Part shown: positions 1-10,687 of the stretch, piece after piece
Layout: each line of letters starts with the position of its first letter
Position numbering within the stretch: the first letter of the stretch is position 1
Origin: Candidatus Babeliales bacterium
Lineage (GTDB): Bacteria > Babelota > Babeliae > Babelales > JANWKD01
Direction: 5' to 3'
DNA: 64,000 nucleotides
Assembly: GCA_963762115.1 (NCBI GenBank)
Contig: CAVXJH010000006.1
Span: 224,001-288,000 of the forward strand
The notes under the pieces: model-generated
Database searches by the model: none
What the model was told of the DNA's origin: nothing
What the model saw: only the letters and a program-made list of their open reading frames with translations
Position numbers and translations under genes: made by a program

Positions 1-2
1 AT

Positions 3-167
3 TTTACTATTCCAAACAATGAATTTATCATGGCCATAGTTAACACGCCGCTATTTAAATTTGAAAGTTATATCGTTGTTAATCAAACTAATCCAGATGT
101 TATTTTTGATCATGAATATTTTATTGAGTTAACCACGAAATGTAATGTGAAAGGAAAAACATGGTAA
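3..167 (+). CDS. 3' end of a CDS entering from the left edge; product unknown
   Basis: Frame is open from 3 to TAA at 165-167 (FTIPNNEF...KGKTW*) and overlaps the ATG at 161. Confidence 0.5.
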   Translation, partial: FTIPNNEFIMAIVNTPLFKFESYIVVNQTNPDVIFDHEYFIELTTKCNVKGKTW

Positions 168-745
168 TACCAATTTTATTAACAGTCTTATTGGGAAATC
201 AAATTACTGATATTATTCCAACGATTGCAAAACTTAGAATCAAATCATTCAAAGGATATCCTTATCTTTATAATGGCACATTAGAAAGTGAACTTGAATA
301 TCTTGAATTGTATAAAAATAATGAACATGCGTTAGTGGTCCAAGAAAGCGAATCAGCTGAAACAGTAATGCTTATTGGAGCGCCATTAATTGATATTTTC
401 CCTGAAGCAAAAACAATCTTTGAATCTGCGCAGTATAATGCAGATGAATGTTATTATGCTGAAGAAGTTGTTTTGCCATTGGCAAATATGCCACTTATTC
501 TTGAAGCATTTGAAGCGCAGGTGATCAAATGGAACTATAAAAATCTCTGTTTAATTACCGTAAAAGAAGAAGAAAATCATCCTTTAAAGCCAGAAAACTA
601 TCAAAGTATTGAGCCATTGTTTGAAGAGCTGGGTTTTTCAAAAACAGATCTTTCAATTTCCGCGGCATATTCTACTTTTTGTGCTGGTGGTTCTGTGCAA
701 CAACGCGGGCATGAATTTGTGTTTTGGATAAAAAAATTGAATTAA
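161..745 (+). CDS. GNAT-like protein, degenerate paralog of 822-1430 and 16901-17512
   Basis: Shares FKGYPYLY, EENHPLKP and FWIKKL motifs with the paralogs but lacks the QxxGxG acetyl-CoA motif. Confidence 0.7.
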   Translation: MVIPILLTVLLGNQITDIIPTIAKLRIKSFKGYPYLYNGTLESELEYLELYKNNEHALVVQESESAETVMLIGAPLIDIFPEAKTIFESAQYNADECYYAEEVVLPLANMPLILEAFEAQVIKWNYKNLCLITVKEEENHPLKPENYQSIEPLFEELGFSKTDLSISAAYSTFCAGGSVQQRGHEFVFWIKKLN

Positions 746-821
746 TTATTACATTACTCTAAAAGTGAAAATTGTTATTCAAGAAATTTAATAGCAACGT
801 ATTTAGTTGGTTCAAAATGTC

Positions 822-1430
822 TTACTTATTTAATTCTTTAGTCCAAAAAGTAAGAGTATTTTCGTGCATTTCTACTGTTCCTTGTTCATCCATAATAGTT
901 GGCCATGATTCTTTAATTGTTAAAGAAGTTTTTGAAAAACCTAAGCGTTGCCAAAATATTGCAGGATCTTTGAAGTTTGTAGGTTTTAAAGGATGATCTT
1001 CTTTGCGTTCAACAGTACAAAGACAAATTTTTTTATATCCCCAAAATCGAGCTTTCTTTTCTAGTTTTTTATAAAGTTTTGAACCGATTCCTTTATTTTG
1101 ATACTGAGATAAAACAATGACATCATTAATATGAAAAAAATCAGATGGGTCTAGATTGTTTTTTTCAAAAAGTTCAGCTTCATATGAATATGCTAATAAT
1201 GGAATGCCAGTTGCAATAGCTATTACGGTATGATCATTAGTCTGTGCAATTAAAAATGTACAATGTGGTTCTTGTGAAAACTTTTTGAAATTATCTTTTA
1301 CGCCCTCAAAGGTTCCTTGGTTTAAGATAGGATATTCTTTAAAAATATTAAGCCATCCGGGTAGTATACTTTCTGGAATATTTAATATTTGTAGTCCAAT
1401 ATACATAGTGATTATTAAAGAAGATGTCAT
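822..1430 (-). CDS. GNAT family N-acetyltransferase
   Basis: VIVLSQYQNKGIGSKL (motif A) and FWQRLGF. Confidence 0.85.
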   Translation of the reverse strand: MTSSLIITMYIGLQILNIPESILPGWLNIFKEYPILNQGTFEGVKDNFKKFSQEPHCTFLIAQTNDHTVIAIATGIPLLAYSYEAELFEKNNLDPSDFFHINDVIVLSQYQNKGIGSKLYKKLEKKARFWGYKKICLCTVERKEDHPLKPTNFKDPAIFWQRLGFSKTSLTIKESWPTIMDEQGTVEMHENTLTFWTKELNK

Positions 1431-1508
1431 AGGTTAATCCTATTGTGTTAGATAATGGTTTTTAATAATAGTATAGAATTATGCTAAATTTCTGCTATAT
1501 ATCCTCTG

Positions 1509-2417
1509 TTAATGGCTATGCAGGCGACTTAAATTCTGTTTGGAATGTACTATTTTCTTCTCTTCGCGATAATACAAAAACAAGCTAATGTTTATGATCA
1601 AAAATGCGCAATAATAATGCCAGGAAATAGCTTTATTGAAAAAAAGAGCTCCATAAAATGTAGTAAAGAACGGGCATAACAAGCTGCCAAGTACTATAAA
1701 TGTTTGGCTATATTTTTTGAGTAACAGTGCATACCAATTGTGGCACACAATATTGCTTACCAAAATAATAACACTTATCAAAGTAACAAAGGGAAAAAAC
1801 TCAGTAACAAAAGGAGTTTTTTCGATAGAGAGACTTGTAAACAATGCTAACAATCCACCGCATGTCATGGTAATGCTATTAATTAAGAATGGGTGATAGT
1901 GAAGTTCAGTTATTAATTTTCTAATAAGAAGCCAACCATAACTAAAACTTATCACTGAACAAAGTAGTGCAAAATCTGGCAACCCAAAGGAAGTTAGTGC
2001 AAGCGATTGCTGTCGTAACACCATTGGGCTAATAAGAAGAATTGCACCGTAACTGATGCACAATAAGCTCATTTTGCGTGCATTGAATTTTTCAATAGCA
2101 AAAAACAGAACACAAAAATAGGTGATTAACGGTCCAGAATTATAGAGCATAAATGCGCGTGATTCAGGGCAATAAAGTAGTCCGTAATAACGCAAAATGT
2201 AGGGGAAATATAAAGCAAAGAGGATTATCTGAATGAAATAAAAAATATGACGCTGAGGAATTTTGAATTTTTTTTGATAAAAGAAACAATAACCAAACAA
2301 AATAATGCCTGCAATGCTCATACGAATGCCAATTAAAAAAAATGGTTGTGTATGCTGTAAAAGCATTTTAGTTAAAGAGAAAGTACTTAAAGCATGAAGA
2401 AGTACTACTGAAATCAT
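1509..2417 (-). CDS. EamA/DMT family transporter
   Basis: About 10 hydrophobic segments in two repeats; PFFLIGIRMSIAG and LYNSGPLIT motifs. Confidence 0.85.
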   Translation of the reverse strand: MISVVLLHALSTFSLTKMLLQHTQPFFLIGIRMSIAGIILFGYCFFYQKKFKIPQRHIFYFIQIILFALYFPYILRYYGLLYCPESRAFMLYNSGPLITYFCVLFFAIEKFNARKMSLLCISYGAILLISPMVLRQQSLALTSFGLPDFALLCSVISFSYGWLLIRKLITELHYHPFLINSITMTCGGLLALFTSLSIEKTPFVTEFFPFVTLISVIILVSNIVCHNWYALLLKKYSQTFIVLGSLLCPFFTTFYGALFFNKAISWHYYCAFLIINISLFLYYREEKKIVHSKQNLSRLHSH

Positions 2418-2432
2418 TACATTCCTTGGGAA

Positions 2433-3098
2433 TTAGTCTTGCTCTTTTGTATCAATTGGACAAGCATGATAATTTAAAACAGTAGTCTGTAATTCTTGTG
2501 CTGCTTGAACTAATATTTCCTCTTTATAACTGTCTGATCGATCGTTTAAAGTAACTAAAAATGAAGAACAGTTTTTATCATTTATACAACGTCTAAAGCT
2601 TGTTCTTTTTGCAAGGAAATCAAATTTTAGGCATAACGATGATTGATTTAATCTATAAAGAGCATCATGATTATCATCTCGACGAGACTTCGCCTTTTTT
2701 TTCTTAAAATGTAATAAAAAAGATCTTTTTTTGAGATGTCGATATTCTTTGGCGCCACGTTCAAATTCTTTGGCAAGTTCTTCTGCTTTTTTCAAAACTT
2801 GTGGACATTCTTGCTGACGTAGGTGTGTTAATTTTTCTGTGGTATCAACCAATCTTGTGCAAGCATTATCATCAAGGCTTTCTCCGCATTGAGTAGCCAG
2901 ATCTGCTACTTCAAAAAAATTATCTAATGGAAAGTCATGTAATTTTTTTAAAAAAACGGCTGTTTCGACCCAGCATGCATATTTTAGTTGCCCTTTTTCA
3001 GTTTTTTGTAATAAATAGGGTATTTTAGGATTTTCCATTGAATAACAGGTGTTGATAGAGATTGTTAAAAGAATTAATGCAAAATATTTTGTTAACAT
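2433..3098 (-). CDS. Secreted hypothetical protein
   Basis: Signal-like N-terminus ending CYS-ME; basic FKKKKAKSRR patch; GAAGGG SD. Confidence 0.7.
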   Translation of the reverse strand: MLTKYFALILLTISINTCYSMENPKIPYLLQKTEKGQLKYACWVETAVFLKKLHDFPLDNFFEVADLATQCGESLDDNACTRLVDTTEKLTHLRQQECPQVLKKAEELAKEFERGAKEYRHLKKRSFLLHFKKKKAKSRRDDNHDALYRLNQSSLCLKFDFLAKRTSFRRCINDKNCSSFLVTLNDRSDSYKEEILVQAAQELQTTVLNYHACPIDTKEQD

Positions 3099-3256
3099 AT
3101 TTCCCTTCTTTTTTTGTGATCAGTATTCTTATGATAAAAGCTATTGCAGTATAGTAATCTTTTTTAAGAAAGTTAATTTTTTGGAAAGAAATCAATAAGT
3201 ATATTTTTTTAAGAAAAGAGACAAATTGCTGAAATTTAAAGATGGCAGAAATAATA

Positions 3257-3988
3257 TTAATTTGCTTCCTTTTCTTTTTCTGCATGCTCTTGTTTTAGGA
3301 GTTGTAAAATTTCTTGAGTGTTTTTGAGGGCTCTTTCTCTATGCTCCTGATCTTTATCTTTATCATCATTCCAAAAGATAATTTCATGATTATAGAGCTG
3401 TTTATAGCGTTTTTTAATAAAATCAAGAGTGTTAGATTCATTAACAATTAATTCAGGGTCGCCATCATGTTCTAACAATTTTTTGAAAAGAACGAGAGCT
3501 GGTCGGTAACCATATGAAGCTGATTCTGTTGTGAATCTCAATAATGAGATTTTTTTTTGATCAAAAGAGTTGATTATAAAGCTGTTTGGTGTAAATTTGG
3601 TTGCTTCAAAATAGGTATTCAATACTTGATCTAAAATACCAAGTTCATTATATTTTTCTGCCCAAAAAAGAATATGTGATCTAAAGAATTGAAATGATTC
3701 TTTTTGGATGTTTGGATTTTCTAAATAAGATGTGAAATAGTCATAAAATTTTTCGGATTCAGATTTTTTAACAGTTAATATTTCTTGTGGGGAAACATAT
3801 TCTTTTTTTCTTGCTTTAGCGCGTTTTCTTTGCAAGCCTCTTCTTTGACCCTTGGTTATTTTTGGTGCTGTACTACTTTCTTGAATGATAGAAGTTGCTG
3901 AAAGTGCAGAAGCACCTTCTTCCATGGCAATTAATAAATAAGAACTTGATATGGTTAACAAGAACATTGAATATTTTAAAAACTTCAT
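3257..3988 (-). CDS. Secreted hypothetical protein, 'SASYGY' paralog family
   Basis: AAGGAG SD before ATG at 3988; signal peptide; domain shared with 4118 and 9053. Confidence 0.8.
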   Translation of the reverse strand: MKFLKYSMFLLTISSSYLLIAMEEGASALSATSIIQESSTAPKITKGQRRGLQRKRAKARKKEYVSPQEILTVKKSESEKFYDYFTSYLENPNIQKESFQFFRSHILFWAEKYNELGILDQVLNTYFEATKFTPNSFIINSFDQKKISLLRFTTESASYGYRPALVLFKKLLEHDGDPELIVNESNTLDFIKKRYKQLYNHEIIFWNDDKDKDQEHRERALKNTQEILQLLKQEHAEKEKEAN

Positions 3989-4061
3989 AGAAAACTCCTT
4001 TTTTTCTTGAAAAATTTTTTTAAGATTCTTGCTTACTCTAATAGAGATTGAGATTTGATGC

Positions 4062-4092
4062 AAAAAAAGGCAGAGAAAATTCTCTGCCTTTT
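4062..4092 (-). terminator. Intrinsic terminator after the 4118 gene
   Basis: AAAAGGCAGAGAA/TTCTCTGCCTTTT inverted repeat with T-run on the minus strand. Confidence 0.75.
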
Positions 4093-4117
4093 ATATTTAC
4101 AAAATGTTGGAAAAAAA

Positions 4118-5464
4118 TTAGTCAGCTTTTTGTTGCGCTTTTTCTTTTTTTTCTTGTTCTTCTTTAATGCGTTGCGCAATATATTTCGATGCTTCACAAC
4201 GTTTTTCTGCTATAGCCGTTTTTGCTATTCTCGTATACTCGGTAGAATAATTGCCTTTGCGTGGGGTATGAATTTGCTGTTTAATAAAATGAGAAGCATG
4301 ATTACAATAATAATCACATTCATTGTTAACATCTTCTTCGAGGTTGGTTTTTCTGTCGCTATGAATATAATCGTCTTCTGTAACAACTGCTGCATCACCA
4401 CCACGGAGTAGTAATTTTTCAAAAAGAATTCGATGCTTTTTTTTGCCGGAATTCGCTGCTTTAACGGCGATATATTGGAATAGAGTATTTCTATCTGTTG
4501 AATATTCAGGGAAATTAGTAAAGCCAAAAAACGTAGTCTCTCTTCCTCTATGCTTCATCCATTTTTCAATAACTGAATTTGGATTCTTTTTCGTTTTTTT
4601 AAAAAAATAATCAAGAGCTTTATCTAAGATGTCTAATTTTTCAAATTTTTCGGCATTTTTGATTAGAGGGTTAAGTTGATAAACTATATTATTATGAGTT
4701 TGATGTCCTCTTACTTTTTCTTTAAGATCTTTTTTGAAATCACTGAGGGCTTTTTTACCTTCTTTAACGTTTTTAAGGCGCTGCAAAATTCCTTTTATTT
4801 TTTTACATCCTTGGGTATTATTTCCGTTATATCCGTGACATAAAAATTGATCATATCTTTTTTCAATACAATCAATGGTATTAGATCCATTGATTACTAG
4901 TTCGGGATCACCGCCACGCTCTAACAATTTTTTAAAAAGAATTTCGGCTGGTTCATAACCATATGAAGCAGAATCAGTTATGAATTGAAAGAAAGAAGTT
5001 TTTTCTTTATCAACAGTACCGATAAGTTTTATCATTGTGTTTGGCGTTGTCTTTGTGATTTCAAAATAGGTATCCAATACTTCATCAAGAATGCCAAGTC
5101 TATCATATTTTTCTGCCCAGAAAAGTATATCGCTATTAAAGAAATCGTAAATAGGGGAACTTATTTCTCTGTTGTACACTTCCCCCAATGATTCTCGGGC
5201 ATCTTTTTTATTTAACAATAGATTAAGCGCATAATTTTCTTGGTTTATTAATGCATCGAGTTTAGATTTGAAAGCATTTAATACGGTTACAGATTCAGGT
5301 TCAACAGCTTCAACTTTTGGCGGCGTGCATTCATCAGGAGTAACAGAACCAAAAGAATCGATGGTTTCAGGACCTATTTTGGGCGATGGAACTTCCCATG
5401 CTGCAAGTGCATGAGCGTTGTACCCAGCGAGCAATGCAATAAAAAGTATTTTTTGTATTTTCAT
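4118..5464 (-). CDS. Secreted hypothetical protein with two copies of the 'SASYGY' family domain
   Basis: MKIQK start with signal peptide (AHA); AEKYDRLGILDEVLDTYF and AEKFEKLDILDKALDYFF repeats, both followed by LFxKLLxRGGD. Confidence 0.8.
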   Translation of the reverse strand: MKIQKILFIALLAGYNAHALAAWEVPSPKIGPETIDSFGSVTPDECTPPKVEAVEPESVTVLNAFKSKLDALINQENYALNLLLNKKDARESLGEVYNREISSPIYDFFNSDILFWAEKYDRLGILDEVLDTYFEITKTTPNTMIKLIGTVDKEKTSFFQFITDSASYGYEPAEILFKKLLERGGDPELVINGSNTIDCIEKRYDQFLCHGYNGNNTQGCKKIKGILQRLKNVKEGKKALSDFKKDLKEKVRGHQTHNNIVYQLNPLIKNAEKFEKLDILDKALDYFFKKTKKNPNSVIEKWMKHRGRETTFFGFTNFPEYSTDRNTLFQYIAVKAANSGKKKHRILFEKLLLRGGDAAVVTEDDYIHSDRKTNLEEDVNNECDYYCNHASHFIKQQIHTPRKGNYSTEYTRIAKTAIAEKRCEASKYIAQRIKEEQEKKEKAQQKAD

Positions 5465-5618
5465 GAAATTATTTCTTCCATTCATTTTTAAAATAGTAAC
5501 ATTAATAAATAGTATATAGTAATTATGGCTACTTTCAAGCAAACTAAAAACAATTTATAATTTCAGTCAGAAATTATCATTCTGTACAAAGTGTTACTTG
5601 AAATTATCAAATTTGTTT

Positions 5619-6677
5619 TTACGGTGCTTTTTCTTGTTGCGCAGCTTTTTGTTTTGTTCTAAAAAGCTCTCTTGTTTTCTTATTGGTGCGAATATAACCT
5701 TCTTCATTTTTTCTTTGTGTTTTTGCTAATCTGAGAGGGGTTATAGATCCAATTTTGCTTTCTTTATGTCTGCAGATTGCATATTTGTTAGCACCACATT
5801 CAAGTAATATTCTTGCTTTTTTATACCGTTTAAATTTTACCGCTTCATGCAAGGGGGTTCCATATTCATTTTCACAAATATTTATGTCTGCACCATGATT
5901 GATAAGAATTCTTGCATTTTTGTGTGACGCAAAATGTAAAGGCGTTCTGCCATATTTATCTTGAACATTAATGTCATCAAGTGCTCCATTATTAAGAAGT
6001 ACTTTTATGAATTTTTTACTTTTTGCTCGTTGTGCAGTTGTTTCATCATAGTGCCATACAGCTCTATGCAAAGGTGTTTGTCCTGCAAGGTTGCTCCTGC
6101 CCCATGTTCTTGCATGAACATCAGCACCATTTTTGATCAAAATTTTTGCAACTTTTGGTGATGTTGCATTATGTAAAGGGGTGTCGCCAAACTCAGTTTT
6201 TGTGTTTACATTAGCTCCGAGTTGTATTAAAAGCTTTACACTTTTAGGTTGTTTTAATATTTCTTGGCAATTCAATGGTGTATAGCCACCGCGTGTTCTT
6301 GCATGAATATTAGCACCTCGATTTATTAGAAGCTTGACGCATTCCGGTGTTGCGGCACGATGTAAAGGGGTATCATTAATTTCTCCTTTTAAATGCACAT
6401 CAGCTCCTTTATTGAGGAGTAATTCCATTATTTTTGCATTTCCTGCTTCCGCTATTTTATGTAATAAAGTATCGCCACATTTATCTTGTGTGTTTATGTC
6501 AGAACTATCACATTTTTCAATGAAAGTAGTTAATTTTGTATCTTTTTCTTCTTGCGTTAAGTTTTTATATTCTTTACTATTTATAAAATCAATTATTTCT
6601 GTGACGGTTGAAGCGGCAATGTTACTACAAGTAAGCATCGTGAAAAAAGTTAGATTTAATAAAATTTTTTTGTTCAT
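5619..6677 (-). CDS. Ankyrin repeat protein with signal peptide
   Basis: Repeated G-x-TPLH...LI..GA.++ motifs. Confidence 0.92.
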   Translation of the reverse strand: MNKKILLNLTFFTMLTCSNIAASTVTEIIDFINSKEYKNLTQEEKDTKLTTFIEKCDSSDINTQDKCGDTLLHKIAEAGNAKIMELLLNKGADVHLKGEINDTPLHRAATPECVKLLINRGANIHARTRGGYTPLNCQEILKQPKSVKLLIQLGANVNTKTEFGDTPLHNATSPKVAKILIKNGADVHARTWGRSNLAGQTPLHRAVWHYDETTAQRAKSKKFIKVLLNNGALDDINVQDKYGRTPLHFASHKNARILINHGADINICENEYGTPLHEAVKFKRYKKARILLECGANKYAICRHKESKIGSITPLRLAKTQRKNEEGYIRTNKKTRELFRTKQKAAQQEKAP

Positions 6678-6915
6678 GATTATTACCTTATGTTATAAAA
6701 TTAATCTTACATAATAGTGTATTCTCTTTTTAGCTATAATCAATTCAAAATTCTTACTATAAAAAATCTCTATTATGCAACTTATATTAAGGCAAATTGA
6801 GATAATCGTTTTTGCCAAAAATATGAAAAACTTTTATTGTTATAAATAATATTATTTAAATAAATTAAAACTATAAAAATTCAGTTATGAAATTTTATAG
6901 GGGTGGGGATATTTC

Positions 6916-7293
6916 ATGAATAAGAAACTCAAAGCTTTTTTACTATTTCTTGTTTCTGCAGGACAAAGTGCTGCCTTACAGAATGGTTTAGATATTTATG
7001 TTGAGCAAAATCAAGGGGAAATTAATAAACAAAAATTAGCTCAACAGATAAAAAGTCTCATTCGTGAGGAAAAAGTATATGAAGTATATGTACTTATTAA
7101 TTCTGAAACATTGCATCATTATTCACAAGGAAATAAAGAGCTTGGAGAAGATATAATCGATCTTCATGATGCATTTATAGACAGAGACGAGGCACAAATA
7201 AAACTTGATGAATTTTGCAGAAAATGGGACTTAGAGAATATAAATATATCAGAAGTAATTCGTCTAGAGCACGTTAAAATTAAGAAAAAGTGA
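6916..7293 (+). CDS. Secreted hypothetical protein
   Basis: G-rich SD, signal-like N-terminus, 125 aa. Confidence 0.65.
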   Translation: MNKKLKAFLLFLVSAGQSAALQNGLDIYVEQNQGEINKQKLAQQIKSLIREEKVYEVYVLINSETLHHYSQGNKELGEDIIDLHDAFIDRDEAQIKLDEFCRKWDLENINISEVIRLEHVKIKKK

Positions 7294-7405
7294 TAGTTTT
7301 TACTTTTGTGAAGTATGTTTTTTTATTAGAATCTAAATATTACGCAAGTGTCTTTATGTGCTTTTAATAAACAAGTAAAGGTAATGAACAGTAGAAGAAA
7401 TTTTT

Positions 7406-7918
7406 TCATTGTATCTCTCTAAATGATTTCAAAATATAAACCTGTTTTTCATCTTTAAATGTATCAAGTTCACGGATTATTGCTTCTCGATAACATTTAT
7501 TGAAGGTCCAAACCCAGTGCAAAAACTCTAAATATTTGAAACTAAAAAGTTGTTGTTTACACTCTTTTGGGCTTCCTGGAATTATCTTACCAAAATTTAA
7601 TATCGATCGTTTTATGACGTACCAAATACATTTATAGCGAGGAACATCAAGAAAAATAATCACGTCTGCATGACAAGCTCGCCAGTAAAATAATCTATAA
7701 TAAGAGCCCTCCATAATCCATTCATCTTGTTCACAAAGATCTGCATGAATTTTGCTGAACTCTTCAAATTCAGCTCGTTGCCAACCTGGTTTCCAATAAT
7801 ATTGATCCAAATGATAAAGGGGTAACTTAAGTTTTTCTTGTAAGTGAAATGCAAGTGTTGTTTTTCCTGATCCGGCACAACCAATGATTGCTATTTTTTT
7901 ATGATGAGGTTTAATCAT
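7406..7918 (-). CDS. FlaR-like (topology modulation) P-loop kinase family protein
   Basis: IAIIGCAGSGKTTLA, LPLYHLDQYYWKPGW and WIMEGSY motifs. Confidence 0.85.
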   Translation of the reverse strand: MIKPHHKKIAIIGCAGSGKTTLAFHLQEKLKLPLYHLDQYYWKPGWQRAEFEEFSKIHADLCEQDEWIMEGSYYRLFYWRACHADVIIFLDVPRYKCIWYVIKRSILNFGKIIPGSPKECKQQLFSFKYLEFLHWVWTFNKCYREAIIRELDTFKDEKQVYILKSFREIQ

Positions 7919-8016
7919 AGAGTTCCATTATTAATCATTATTTGGAAAAAACTGAAAATAGTATATCTTTTTTAGGTATTTTAATTTTAACCATTTAGAA
8001 GATTGCTGTAAAAAAT

Positions 8017-9012
8017 ATGAAATTGAGACTATTTTTTTTCATTGGCATTTTTAGCTTTTGTTATGCTCAATCTGATCGTATTGTTTTTACGCCGCGCTTG
8101 CAAATATTACTTGATGATATGAAACTTTATAAACTTGATGCAGAAGGTGAGCTTTATTTGCATGCAGGCGATCTCTATGAGCATTCTGTTTGGGCATATA
8201 ACGCTGCGTGGGAAATTCTTGATGATAGTTCGCCGTATATGCAAGGTTTTTTTCTAACTGAGCGTCAAAAAGAGATTGTTGCTTTAGCAGCATTATTGCA
8301 TGATATAGGGAAAGCTGGTCGCTTTGAACTTTTTGAACATACACATCCCACATTGCGTTATGATGTTATAAAACATGAAGATAATACTGTTGATTATGTT
8401 GTGTACTTTGTTGATTATCAAACGCATCCACATATTGGATTTGAATATTCAGGAAAACATTTTTTTGCACCGGATGTTAAAGGATTTGTTCCGCAATATT
8501 ATTACTTAATACATAAACGAACGGGTCAGTTAGAAGAGTTTGATTTTGCACAGCTATTTTGCGAGATTGGATTAACGAAAGAAGAGCAGAAAATAGTCGC
8601 AATTTTGATTGGTATCCATTATGAATTTGGTAATTTAAAATATGCTAAAATTACGCAAGAAGAATTTCTGTCGCTTATTGAAGATCTTGTCAAAGTAGTT
8701 GATTATAATCATGGAGAACTTGATGAACTCATTGTGCGATTATCAATCTTGATACAGGTGATTGATGTGAAAGGATTAATACTCGTGCCAGCAAAAAATA
8801 GCTCATTGTTTCCCGAAGGAATTCATAGTGATGTTACTCATTTTGATTTGAAATTTGAAGATCCATTTTTAGCTTTTGAATATGCAACAAGGGATCAATC
8901 TACTCCTTTTGCCATTAATCTCATGTTGCGTATTTTGGATACTTATTATTCAAAAACGGCAGAGAAGGATATAAAGAATTATTTTATTGAAAACAATTTT
9001 TTGATCGCTTGA
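8017..9012 (+). CDS. HD-domain phosphohydrolase with predicted signal peptide
   Basis: EHSVW...AALLHDIGK...HPHIG...IHY...D metal-ligand pattern. Confidence 0.8.
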   Translation: MKLRLFFFIGIFSFCYAQSDRIVFTPRLQILLDDMKLYKLDAEGELYLHAGDLYEHSVWAYNAAWEILDDSSPYMQGFFLTERQKEIVALAALLHDIGKAGRFELFEHTHPTLRYDVIKHEDNTVDYVVYFVDYQTHPHIGFEYSGKHFFAPDVKGFVPQYYYLIHKRTGQLEEFDFAQLFCEIGLTKEEQKIVAILIGIHYEFGNLKYAKITQEEFLSLIEDLVKVVDYNHGELDELIVRLSILIQVIDVKGLILVPAKNSSLFPEGIHSDVTHFDLKFEDPFLAFEYATRDQSTPFAINLMLRILDTYYSKTAEKDIKNYFIENNFLIA

Positions 9013-9052
9013 AAATATCAAATTGTTGCTAATCCTGCGCATCGGCATGTTC

Positions 9053-9730
9053 TTATTTCAAGCGTTGCAAGACTAGTTGAGAACTTTTTGTAACTTGGTC
9101 TGTGTATTTTTTATTTTTTTCGTTCATGTGTATAGCTAAAGGATCTTGACTAGAAAAATAATTATATCTTTTTTCAACAATTTCAATGGTGCTAGAACCA
9201 TCAATGATTAACCGAGGATTGCCGCCACGCTCTAATAATTTCTCAAAAAGAATTTGAGCTGGTTTATAACCATAAGAAGCAGAATCAGTTATAAATTTGA
9301 ATAATGAAGTTTCTTTTTTATCAAGGGGGTCAATTATAAGAGTATTTGGTGTAATTTTGTTAGCTTTAAAGTAAGCATCCAACACTTTATCTAAAATACC
9401 AAATTCATTATATTTTTCTGCCCCATAAAAAACATATTTTCTAAAAAATTGAAATGATTCTTTTGAGATATTCTGATCATTAAGTTGAGATTCGAAATAA
9501 TCATAAATGGCCTTGGAATGGGATTGTTTCACCGCTAATTCTTTTTTTCTTTCCGCAGCGCGTTTTCTTTGCAAGCCTCTTCTTTGGCCTGTTGTTATTC
9601 TGGATGTTTTATTACTTTCTTTAACAACGTAAGTTTTATGTGCAAGTATTGATGCATTTTCTTGCATTGCAACTAATAAAAAAGAATGGGATATCGTTAA
9701 TAAAGATAATAAGGATTTAAAGAAAACCAT
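9053..9730 (-). CDS. Secreted hypothetical protein, 'SASYGY' paralog family
   Basis: AAGGA SD before ATG at 9730; close paralog of 3257-3988. Confidence 0.8.
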   Translation of the reverse strand: MVFFKSLLSLLTISHSFLLVAMQENASILAHKTYVVKESNKTSRITTGQRRGLQRKRAAERKKELAVKQSHSKAIYDYFESQLNDQNISKESFQFFRKYVFYGAEKYNEFGILDKVLDAYFKANKITPNTLIIDPLDKKETSLFKFITDSASYGYKPAQILFEKLLERGGNPRLIIDGSSTIEIVEKRYNYFSSQDPLAIHMNEKNKKYTDQVTKSSQLVLQRLK

Positions 9731-9840
9731 AAAGAATTCCTTTAACAGTTTTTTTGAACAATAATTTTTCATAGGCAGTAAAACTAAAGCACGCTAGGTT
9801 TTTTGTCAATTAAAACCTAATGCATAGCATTTAATTTTTA

Positions 9841-9861
9841 TGGAGGGCATTGTGCCCTCCA
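9841..9861. terminator. GC-rich hairpin after the ABC-2 permease gene
   Basis: TGGAGGGCA-TTG-TGCCCTCCA perfect stem; no clear U-tract. Confidence 0.5.
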
Positions 9862-9873
9862 CTATTAATGTTT

Positions 9874-10659
9874 TTAAACAAAATCAAGTCGTTTTTGCAG
9901 ATTTCGCATGCCAACTGCAAGACATAGTGCAGAAAAAAATGTTATGGCAAGTAAGCATAACCAAAAGTTAATATAGTCTGATTGTCCTAATATTGATGCT
10001 CGTGCTGCTTCAGTGATATAGATCATTGGATTAAACAAATTGATATAACTAATAATAGGCATCACTTTATGTAATGCAATCCAAGAGAACTGAAAACCAC
10101 CCATGAACCACATAGGGAAAATATAGCGTGCCCAGACGCTGCCAAGTCTGCTCATATTGGCGATGATACTTGTGATCCATAAAACAAAACAGGCATAAAA
10201 TATGTTTTGAAAGATCATACTAAGAAAAAATTTGAAATAATTAATGTGAGTAAGATCAAGTTGATTCCATAAGGTAAATTTTCCAATGGGAAGCATGAGC
10301 AATGAAAGTATAAAATAGATTATAAAGTAATATACTCCTTTGCTGACAATTGCCATCCAGGAAGGAATTGGTAATGTTAAGCTGTAGTTAATAACACGAT
10401 CGCCTTCAAAGTCTGAAACAAGCTCTATCACGCTTGCATAGAGTTCAAATAATCCAATTGCTGCAATAACGCCACCGAGTTGAAAGACTCCAAAATCACT
10501 CGATAACCCAAAATAGGGCATAATATAACTCGTAACGATCATAGTTAAAGCAACCCATATAGTGATATCGATAAATTTATCAAAAAATGTTTGTTTAAAA
10601 ACAAGAAGATCCGCGTGAATAAGTTCTTTGCAGATTTTAAGATATGACCAAGTATTCAT
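9874..10659 (-). CDS. ABC-2 type exporter permease
   Basis: About 6 TM segments, NPMIYITEAAR motif, next to an ABC ATPase. Confidence 0.88.
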   Translation of the reverse strand: MNTWSYLKICKELIHADLLVFKQTFFDKFIDITIWVALTMIVTSYIMPYFGLSSDFGVFQLGGVIAAIGLFELYASVIELVSDFEGDRVINYSLTLPIPSWMAIVSKGVYYFIIYFILSLLMLPIGKFTLWNQLDLTHINYFKFFLSMIFQNIFYACFVLWITSIIANMSRLGSVWARYIFPMWFMGGFQFSWIALHKVMPIISYINLFNPMIYITEAARASILGQSDYINFWLCLLAITFFSALCLAVGMRNLQKRLDFV

Positions 10660-10687
10660 AAAAATTCTTTCATTAAAATAATGGTTA

